Source of the DNA: the human T2T-CHM13v2.0 reference genome, Homo sapiens | Direction: 5' to 3' (one strand) | DNA length: 64,000 nt | NCBI RefSeq assembly: GCF_009914755.1 | Contig: NC_060936.1 | In this document: piece by piece, positions 54,510 through 64,000 of the stretch | How positions within the stretch are numbered: the stretch's first letter is position 1 | Layout of the letters: every line of letters begins with the position of its first letter | The notes under the pieces: model-generated | Told to the model about the DNA's origin: nothing | The model's database searches: none | The model's input: the letters and a program-made list of their open reading frames with translations, nothing else | Translations under genes and position numbers: made by a program

Positions 54510-55526
54510 TTTACAATTTGGCTTGTTTTTACAGTGGTTGGTACCGGTTGTTCCTTTCCCTGTTTGGTGCTTCCTTCAGGAACTCTTTTAGGGCAGGCCG
54601 GGAGGTGACAAAATCTCTCGGCATTTGCTTGTTTGTAAAGTATTTTATTTCTCCTTCACTTATGAAGCTTAGTTTGGCTGGATATGAAATTCTGGGTTGA
54701 AAATTCTTTTCTTTAAGAATGTTGAATATTGGCCCCCACTCTCTTCTGACTTGTAGAGTTTCTGCGGAGAGATCAGCTGTTAGTCTGATGGGCTTCCCTT
54801 TGTGGGTAACCCAACCTTTCTCTCTTGCTGCCCTTAACATTTTTTCTTTCATTTCAACTTTGGTGAATCTGACAATTATGTGTCTTGGAGTTGCTCTTCT
54901 CAAGGAGTATCTTTGTGGCGTTCTCTGTATTTCCTGAATTTGAATGCTGGCCTGCCTTGCTAGGTTGGGGAAGTTCTCCTAGATAATATCCTGCAGAGTG
55001 TTTTCCAACTTGGTTCCATTCTCCCCCTCACTTTCAGGTACACCAATCAGACGTAGATTTGGTCTTTTCACATAGTCCCATATTTCTTGGAGGCTTTGTT
55101 CATTTCTTTTTATTCTTTTTTCTCTAAACTTCTCTTCTCACTTCATTTCATTCATTTCATCTTCCATTGCTGATACCCTTTCTTCCAGTTGATCGCATCA
55201 GCTACTGAGACTTTTGCATTCGTCACATAGTTCTCGTGCCTTGGTTTTCAGCTCCATCAGGTACTTTAAGGACTTCTCTGCATTGGTTATTCTAGTTAGC
55301 CATTCGTCTAACTTTTTTTCAAGGTTTTCACTTCTTTGCCATTGGTTCGAACTTCCTCCTTTAGCTCGGAGTAGTTTGATCTTCTGAAGCCTTCTTCTCT
55401 CAACTCGTCAAAGTCATTCTCCTTCCAGCTTTGTTCCGTTGCTGGTGAGGAGCTGCGTTCCTTTGGAGGAGGAGAAGCGCTCTGATTTTTAGAGTTTCCA
55501 GTTTTTATGCTCTGTTTTTTCCCTAT
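54510..55526 (-). pseudogene. L1 ORF1 (start codon ATG>ATA, disrupted)
   Basis: accacaaagATAgggaaaaaacag on the minus strand at 55524-55526; C-terminal fragment RRATPRHIIVRFTK...QPRISYPAKLSF. Confidence 0.85.
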
Positions 55527-56546
55527 CTTTGTGGTTTTATCTACCTTTGGTCTTTGATGATGGTGATGTACAGATGGGTTTTTGGTGTGGATGTCCTTTC
55601 TGTTTGTTAGTTTTCCTTCTAACAGTCAGGACCCTCAGCTGCAGGTCTGTCGGAGTTTGCTGGAGGTCCACTCCAGACCCTGTTTGCCTGGGTGTCAGCA
55701 GCAGTGGCTGCAGAACAGCGGATATTGGTGAACTGCAAATGCTGCTGCCTGATCGTTCCTCTGGAAGTTTCATCTCAGAGGAGTACCCAGCTGTGTGAGG
55801 TGTCAGTCCGTGCCTACTGGGGGGTGCCTCCCAGTTAGGCTACTCGGGGGTCAGGGACCCACTTGAGGAGGCAGTCTGCCCATTCTCAGATATCAAGCTG
55901 CATGCTGGGAAAACCACTACTCTCTTCAAAGCTGTCAGACAGGGACAATTAAGTCTGCAGATGTTACTGCTGCCTTTTGTTTGTCTGTGCCCTGCCCCCA
56001 GAGGTGGAGCCTACAGAGGCAGGCAGACCTCCTTGAGCTGTGGTGGGCTCCACGCAGTTGGAGCTTCCCGGCTGCTTTGTTTACCTACTCAAGCCTTGGC
56101 AATGGCGGGCGCCCCTCCCCCAGTCTCGATGCTGCCTTGCAGTTTGATCTCAGACTGCTGTGCTAGCAATCAGCGAGGCTCCGTGGGCGTAGGACCCTCT
56201 GAGCCAGGTGCGGGGTATTATCTCCTGGTGTGCCATTTGTTAAGCCAGTTGGAAAAGTGCAGTATTAGGGTGGGAGTGACTCGATTTTCCAGGTGCCGTC
56301 TGTCACCCCTTTCTTTGACTAGGAAAGGGAATTCCCTGACCCCTTGCACTTCCTGGGTGAGGCAATGCCTTGTCCTGCTTCAGCTCACGCAAAGCACCCA
56401 CTGTCCTGCACCCACTGTCTGGCACTCCCTATTGAGATGAACCTGGTACCTCAGTTGGAAATGCAGAAATCACCTGTCTTCTGCGTCGCTCACTCTGGGA
56501 GCTGTAGACTGGAGCTGTTCCTATTTGGCCATCTTGGCTCCACCCT
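55527..56546 (-). promoter_or_regulatory. L1PA4 5'UTR: sense promoter (YY1 site), antisense promoter, and retained ~129-bp ZNF93-bound segment (~55655-55783)
   Basis: CAAGATGGCC near the 5' end. The segment between the two GGAG motifs (55652, 55780) is the part absent from L1HS/L1PA2. Confidence 0.75.
56102..56440 (+). CDS. L1 ORF0 (antisense ORF), open, 112 aa; expression unknown
   Basis: gcaATGg Kozak context; MAGAPPPVSMLPCSLISDCCASNQRGSVGVGPSEPG...; splice donors after 56207 and 56292. Confidence 0.6.
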   Translation: MAGAPPPVSMLPCSLISDCCASNQRGSVGVGPSEPGAGYYLLVCHLLSQLEKCSIRVGVTRFSRCRLSPLSLTRKGNSLTPCTSWVRQCLVLLQLTQSTHCPAPTVWHSLLR

Positions 56547-57360
56547 CCTTATTTTCTTAAAAAAATCAAAAATTAAAAAAAGAAAGGATCAGGAAAAATA
56601 GTAGGCAGTTAAAATTTTTGTTTTGTTCTGTTTTTCCAATTACAGGTTTCAATTTTAAACATCATTATTGACCCACTGCTATTAAAAACAAGACAAATAT
56701 GTCTTTCTTCTCCTCTTTCCTATCCCAACCCCTAATTTTTACTTAATTTATTATTACAGCAGGTTGCCAACAGTTATAATAATCATGTTTGATTCTATAA
56801 TATTGTTCCCCATGCTTTAAAACCTTAATTTATGAATTTAAGCAGTCAGAGCTCACCACAACACCTTTTATCATGATTTCTTCACCTATGAATTGTTTAT
56901 TTTAAGAAATTTTCAGAGGCCAAATGTAGTAATAAGCATATTTTTTTCAAAAAAGATTTGGGAAGAAATCCTATAATTTACTGAAATTTTGCCTGCTTGA
57001 AATTTTAAAGGAAAACTTGACTTCTTTTAAATTCTTACGTCCAGCTTCTGTTTTTGGCTAAGATGAAATAATGAGGACCAGTCTTCCTCTTCTGCCTAAA
57101 AGCACAAACAAACAAAATACAGACAAAATATGTGAAACAGTGGTTTTCAAGATATTGGACATCAGACAACAAATGAGACTGACGCCATGAAACAAATAAA
57201 GTGAGCCTTGAGATTGCCCCAGGTAACTGCTCAGAGAGAGATTTTAGGTCACTGCTTAGACAGAGTCTTAGCAGAGCCTGGCAGTCTCCTTGAAATGAAC
57301 AGAAGAAGCTGGGGACACAGTGAGCCCAAAGTGGCTAGAGCTCACAGGACAGAGTGCAGG

Positions 57361-57361
<1 letters not shown>

Positions 57362-57394
<33 letters not shown>
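57362..57394. repeat. (GA)n microsatellite
   Basis: Seen directly. Confidence 0.95.
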
Positions 57395-57401
<7 letters not shown>

Positions 57402-59382
57402 CAAAGTCGAGAGATCAGCAGATCAGCAAGGTTCATCTCAGTCTTCAGCTGAGTACTACTGATCAGCACTTGTGTAAGGAAAAACCCTCCCAAAAAGTCA
57501 GAAGCAACACACCTGGAAGATCTCTGAGGGTTAAGAACAGTTCCTGTCCTGATCGTCCAGCTATGGATGAAATATTGAAAATCTTCATAATTCATTAGGC
57601 ACTGGATAGATTTCTCAAAAGGGTTTTGCTCAGTAATAGGAAAAAAAAATCCTAAACTGTGCTCTGAATGAAGACTAATAAAGGTTAAAAATGATACCCA
57701 AAAGGATCAAAAACTATTTTCAAACAACTTAGCCACGATTCAGAACAAAGCTCAAGAATTTTTATAGATATGCAAAAAAGTACAACACCTGGCAAGGTAA
57801 AATTAAAAAGTCTAGAATTCAATAAAATGTATTAGTCACAAAAAGAATCAGGAAAATACAGTCCATAATGAGAAGAAAAATTAGGTGACGGAAACCCAGC
57901 TACAAATGATACAGATGATAGAATTTAAAATAAATCAATTGAAACCCACCTATATGAAACACAGATGAAATAAGTAAGTTCATTAAAATAGTTATTTAAA
58001 AAGTATTCTGTATGTTCAAGAAGATAGAGGAATGATTTAGCATGTTATATAGAGGAAGACAGTTTTAAAAGAGCCAATTCAATCTTTAAAAAATGAAAAC
58101 TGCATTGTCTGAGACGAAAAATACACTGGATATGATCAACGGCATATTAGACATTGCAAAAAAATGATTAGAGAACTTGAAAACAGCAAAAGAAATTAGC
58201 CAAACTTATGCACAGAGAAAAAAGACTGAAAAAAAAAGTGAACAGATACTCAATGACAGATTTCTTTCCTTACTGTTTTAATCTTTTAAAAAGGTAATTG
58301 ACTGGTTAATACAAAAATAATAACAGGGTATTATGAAACTTAAAACATATGCAGAAGTAAAATTTATGACAACGATAACACAAAGACTAGCAGAGGAGAA
58401 ATGGAAGTACACTGTTGAGAAGTTTCTATAATATATTTAAAGTGATATAATATCAGCTGGAAGTAAACTGTAACCACAGCTGACCTCATAGCCCAAGTCA
58501 ATTCAAAGCAATTGAATTCAAAGAGAAAATTTTCTCACAAAGAAAACTCCAGGCCTAGAGGATTTTACTTACTCTTAGTATCAAATATTTAAGGAATAAA
58601 TAATACCAATACTATATGAACTGTTCCTTAAAGTTGAAGAAGATAGCATATTCCAAATCCATTTTATGAGGCTATTACTCTGACACCAAACCAGAAAAAC
58701 ATTACCAAAAAAAAAAAGAAAAACGAAACCAAAAAGTAATATATCCTATGAAGATAGATACAAAAATTCTTAACAAAACTTTAACGAACTGAATCCAACC
58801 AGTGGAGTTTAATGTAGCAATCCAAGATTGATTTAATATTCAAAATTAATAAATGTAATTCATCACACTAATAGACAAAAAATAAAAGTCATATGGCATA
58901 TCAATTTATACAGGTAAAGCATTACATAAAATCCCACATGCATTCTGAATACAAATTTCGGCAAAGTAGAACTAGAGGGGAACTTTCTCAATCTGATAAA
59001 AGACATCTATGGAAAACTTATAGCTAACACCAAACTTAAGGGTGAAACACCACATGCTTTTCACCAAGATCAGGAATAAGCCCAAGATATCTGCTCTCAC
59101 CACTTCTATTCAACATTGCTATTGAGATTCTAATCAATGCAAGAAAAACAAATAGGAGGTTTTGCCTTCCATAATCTTATGGAATAGTATAACCCCACAG
59201 AGTCTTTAATAAAAACTACTAAAATTAATAGAGAAATTTAGCGAGTTTTTAGGATACAAGATCAATATACCAAACCAACTGCATCCCAATATAATATTAA
59301 TGTTTAAAATTTTAAAACATGCCATTTTCCAAAACACCAAAAAAATTTAGTACTTACAGAAACAACTGAAAAAGATGCACAA

Positions 59383-59516
59383 AGCTGGGCGTGGTGGCTT
59401 AGGCCTGTAATCGCAGCACTTTGGGAGGTCAAGGAAGAGGGATTGCTTGCACCCAGTAGTTTAAGACCAGCCTGGGCAACATAGCAAGACCCCGTGTCTT
59501 TAAAAAAAAAAAAAAG
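59383..59516 (+). mobile_element. FLAM_C / AluJ left monomer
   Basis: Single monomer with cctgggcaacatagcaagacc and an A-tail; degenerate 16-bp TSD TGAAAA(A/G)GAT(G/A)CACAA. Confidence 0.9.
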
Positions 59517-61715
59517 TGAAAAGGATACACAATGCCTATATAATGGAAACTGAATTTTGCTGAAGGGAACTAAAGGAGAACTACATAAATTGAAAAATAC
59601 ACTATATTCATGGGTTGGAAGATTTAACTTTACTAAGATGTAAAGTTCTATAGATTCAATACAGTTCTGATAAAAACCCAAGCAGGCCTTTTAAAAAATA
59701 AAAATTGGTAAATTAATTCTGAAATTTAGATAAAAATGTAAAGGGCCTACAATAACTTTTTTAAAGTATAATAAAATTGTTTAATTTGTGCTACATGATT
59801 TCAAACTTACTATAAAGCTACAGAAATCAAGATAATATAATATTGGCATAAATGTAGACAAATAGATCAATGGAACAGATTTGAGAATTCAGAAATAGAC
59901 CCAAATATATGGTCAGTTGTTTTTTGACAAAAGGCAATTTAGCAGAGAAAGAACAGGCTTTTCAACAAATGGTGCTGGGACAATGGGACATGCATATGTA
60001 AGGAATGAACTTCAATCTATTCCTCACACCAAATGCAAAAATGTTCTCCAAACTGGAATATAGACCTAAACTGAAAACCTAAAACTATAAAACTTCTAGA
60101 AAAAAACATAGAATCAAATCTTTGTTACCTTGGTTAGGCAAAGATTTCTTAGATATGACAACAAACACATGAGAAAAATGATATACAAGATTCCATCAAA
60201 ATTAAGAACTTTTCATAAAACTGAAAAGACAAACCACTGACTGGAAAAGAATATTTGCAAATCACATATCTGATAAAAGGCTTGTGTCCAGAATAGATTA
60301 AAAATACTCAAAACTCAATAATAAGAAAGTGAACAACCCAATTAAAAACTGGGCCAAAGATTTTAAGAGACACTTCACCTAGGAATATTTATGAATGACA
60401 AATAAGCATATGAAAGATTCTCAACATAAATAGTAATTAGAAAACTGAAAATTAAAACCACAGTGTGATACCCCTGCACAACTATTAGAATAGCTGACAT
60501 TAAAAAGACTAACTCTGACAAGTGTTGGCAAGAACGTGAATCAACTGGAATTCTTATTTAAAATGGAACAACTATGTTGGAAAACAATTTGGCAGTTTCT
60601 TAAAATAATTAAACATACATCTACCATTTAACCAGTCATTCCACTCCTATGTTCTTACTCAAGAGAAATGTAAGCATATATCCATAAAATATTTATATTC
60701 AAATGTTTACAGCAGCTTTTTTGGTGAAAGCAGTATTTGGCAGCAACACACATGTTCATTAATAGGTGAATGGATAAACACATTATGGTATATACAAATC
60801 ATGGGATAATAAAAAGAAATAAACTATTCATGTACACAATAAGTTGGATTAATCTCAATGTGATTGTGCTAAGTGAAAGAAACCAGTCCACAACTGAGTG
60901 CATGCTGTATGATGCCACTTATATTCTAGAATTATAGAAATTACAAATGAATCAATAATGATAGAAAGCAAATCAGTTGTTGCCCTGGGAATGGGGTGGT
61001 GAAGAGAGACAGGAGGTAAGGATTACAAAGGAACACAGGAAAATTTGGGGGGTGATGGGTATGTTCAAATTTTGATTCATGCAGTGGTTTATGTGTTTAT
61101 GTTATGTCAAAATTTATTACATTGTACACTTAAAATTTTTTAAAAGTCTTATCCTCGAATTTTGACAAACTTTTATCTTATCTTTAATTATTCAGTAGGC
61201 CTTTATAAAACCATCCCTTATTTTAGGGAGATCTTTTTGCTGAAAGTGGTCTGAGGATACGTATTTAGCTCATAATTTCTGTTCTTATAGATAAATTTTC
61301 AATGTTTCACAATATTTAGTAGATATGATTTATGGTTCTAGAGGGTTTCATGTTTGTTTTTCTGCCTTGAGTATGATCTTTTTTCCAGTTTTTTGGGTGC
61401 CATTTTGATTCTCTGTTGATTTAATGAAGTCCAAGAGAGAAAGTAAAGTAAAATGATCATACATGCACCACCTTTAAAATTTTGTTCTGGAAGATGTATT
61501 TGTAAGACATAATTGTGCCTGGAGAAACGATATGATTCATCGGTGTGATTCATACTGGACTCACTGGGTTAGAATTATTATCATAAATTAGCCCAGATTC
61601 GTCCAACAGCATAATTGGAATACAGTAGAGCAGGTGAGGCAAAGCTACATCCTTTTCACATGTATTCGAAACTGAAAGAAAAAACAATTAGCACCTCAAT
61701 ATTTTAATATCTGGA

Positions 61716-61781
61716 TCCTTCCTTCCTCCCTTCCTTCTTTCTTTCTCTCTTTCTCGTTCTTTCTTTCTCTATTTCCCGTTC

Positions 61782-61825
<44 letters not shown>

Positions 61826-62011
61826 TCGTTCTTTCTTTCTCTTTCTTTCTTTCTTTTCCTCCTTCCTTCTTCTTTCTTCCTTCTCTTTTTCTCTTTCTTT
61901 TTTTCTTTTCCTTCCTTCCTCCCTCCCTCCTTCCCTTCTTCCTTTTTTCCTTCCTTCCTTCCTTCCTGCCTGCCTGCCTGCCTGCCTGCCTTCCTTCCTT
62001 CCTTCTTTTTT
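61716..62011. repeat. Compound polypyrimidine microsatellite (TTTC)n/(TTCC)n/(TGCC)n, ~295 bp
   Basis: Seen directly. Confidence 0.95.
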
Positions 62012-63254
62012 GCACAGACAAAACATCTGCTTGATTAGCCACAGGCTTATTAAGGATACCAACTGGCCACAAACTATATGAATCAATAATGTTGTGCTGT
62101 TGTGAGAAAGCTACCATTATTATGGGTCCTGTTAAATAACTGTGAGGTGGAAGAAATCAGAATTAATACTTCTAGCATCATCTGTCAGACCCTTACTAAA
62201 ATATCTGGTTCCATTTGCAAATATTTACTATGCACCTTTTACCTGTTCCAAGCTCTCAGTTGGGCACAGATGATATAATGGGTGAAAATTGTATGCTCCC
62301 ACCCTCACACTTTGATGTGCTAAATACTTCTCTCTTACTTGTCCTGTGTGAATTCCAGTGACTGGAAACACCTTCTTTAAGGTTCCCAAGGTCCCCATTT
62401 CTCTGTTTCAAAGAGTACTATCCAAACCAGTAGCTAGGGATCCATATGATGCCTCAAGGAGTTCTGGGAGTTATACCTATGGTGTTTTCCTGGGCCTCAG
62501 AGCTAGCACCTGATTCCAGGAGGGAGGCCTAACAAGCAAATCTCTCCTGCTGGCTACTGTAATACTTCTTCCCAGGATTGTGAGAGCTGCCAAGATGGCA
62601 CTGACTCATATTGTCCCTGAGACCCTGCTTACCTCAGATACAAGCCTCAAAAAAGGAACAAATGTTAGTGAAGTGGAATGTTCTGAGCCCTGGGTACAAG
62701 AGAGTAAAATGGGACTTAGCCAGCCAATTAGATGCTAGAAATGGAGGTACTATTTATATCCCATGGAAAGAAGGTGGGCATTATATTAAGGTAAGTGGGG
62801 AGCCAATTAAGAGATTTAAATGGGGAAGTTACCTAATCAGATTAGCATCGCTCTACTTCAAAAAACTAACCAAGACAATATCTAAGCCAACAAAGAGAAA
62901 CAGAATGACCAAAGGAAAAAAAATCTCAAAAGACAGACTAAAGGGACAACTTAAATTTTGTCTTCCTTTAGATGAAGATTTGTGGAAGGAGGACATGGAA
63001 TTTCTCCATGGCTATCTAAGAGAAAATGAGCTTGATTCATATTAGGAGAAAATATTTCTGAACATTAAAAAGTCATTCATTCCTATAAGGGGGAAATAAA
63101 AGAGTGATTCACCCATTGTGTTGCTAGTCTCTATCTCTGAATACTTATGAGAAAACATCACCTCCAGTGGCTTCTACATTCACTTGACCCAAAGGATGAT
63201 CACAAAGTAGAGAATCTTAGAAATGGATGAAGGCACTTTCAATTTCAAGGGACA

Positions 63255-63850
63255 AAGATGCACCTCAAACTAGTTTAAATAAGGGGAGATTTATTGGTTT
63301 ACATAATTTAAAAGTCAAGCAATAGATTTAGCTTTAGGCATGGCTGGATCCAGAGACTCAAAATATGACATCTGGAATTGATTCCTCTTCATCTCCTTCG
63401 GCTGCTCTCTTTTTGTTTAAATTTGGTTAAATTGCTCCAAGCAGCAGTCCCAAACTTACACCTTACTTCTTTAGCTAACTCAGTGAAATGATAATGCCTC
63501 TTTTTCAAGAGTACCAGCAAAATCTTGCAATGGACTCAGATTGTCTTGGTTTGAGTCAAGGGCTCACTTGTGAAATAATCACTGAGTTTGATTACCCAAT
63601 TGGTTGTTCGAATAGTCCAGTTGGTCATTCTTGAGTCATATGTTCAACCATGGAGCTGAGAGGATTGGGTCAACCTCACCTAAATAAATTAAGGGTCTGT
63701 GTATGATGAAGTGGTGGTGATGGGTAATTCTCAGAAGTATCCTGGGGTGTTTACAAGAAAAAAGGAAGGTATGCTAAACAGGCAGAATAAACAATCAACA
63801 ACAAAGCAAAACACCCTCTCCCACCCACACAAACAGATGTCTACTCTACT
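63255..63850. mobile_element. MLT1 (K/L-like) solo LTR
   Basis: ctcaaactagtttaaa...gatttattgg...gctttaggcatggctggatccagagactcaaa. Confidence 0.6.
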
Positions 63851-64000
63851 TTAAAATCTCTTTAAAGTCTGTATTTACAGTTTGATATCTTAGAAGGGTG
63901 AGCCCAGCCAAGAACATTCCTAGATACACTAAATTTTACTTTGTAATCATCTATGCCATTGCTGTCATACTGCAAAAACTTGTTTTAAACTTCCATACTG

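Larger units (their letters stand above)
57045..61135 (+). mobile_element. Old L1M (L1MC/L1MD-type), internally deleted: 5' region, ORF2 remnant, 3'UTR
   Basis: aagaaaactccaggcctagaggatttt, caccacttctattcaacattg, gatcaatggaacaga, ttggaaaacaatttggcagtttctt, acattgtacacttaaa. Confidence 0.8.

Noticed and set aside
61704-62117. 137-aa and 105-aa K/E/R-rich ORFs
   Set aside because: Translation of a stop-free purine microsatellite
62611-63045. 144-aa plus-strand ORF
   Set aside because: Non-ATG start, overlaps an L2-like fragment (~62790-62850), no recognisable domain

Overview
Primate (human or great-ape) non-coding genomic DNA, AT-rich, with no intact protein-coding gene and nothing prokaryotic. 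The anchor is a sequence matching the mir-135a-2 hairpin as I recall it (10995-11094, +). That places the window at the 3' end of the neural lncRNA RMST (human 12q23.1). The left ~14 kb is repeat-poor. It holds two probable RMST exons (7721-7882, 7981-8231), the miRNA in the last intron, and a terminal exon (11921-~12220) with AATAAA. The rest is a transposon landscape. It includes two full-length, convergent, TSD-flanked L1s (L1PA7-like, + 28281-35062, with a nested Alu; L1PA4-like, - 50391-56546), five Alus, a FLAM, two MADE1 MITEs, MER33/MER3/MER58, and L2/MIR/MLT1/L1M fossils. The main leads are: (i) a possible coupling of Microprocessor cleavage to Alu-independent back-splicing of RMST; (ii) spliced small ORFs across the two RMST exons; (iii) an in-frame templated-insertion scar inside the L1PA7; (iv) a 117-bp local copy pasted into a MIR; (v) an intact ORF0 and an intact endonuclease-only ORF2 in the L1PA4. 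Repeat subfamily calls and exon calls were made by eye, and old-repeat boundaries are approximate.
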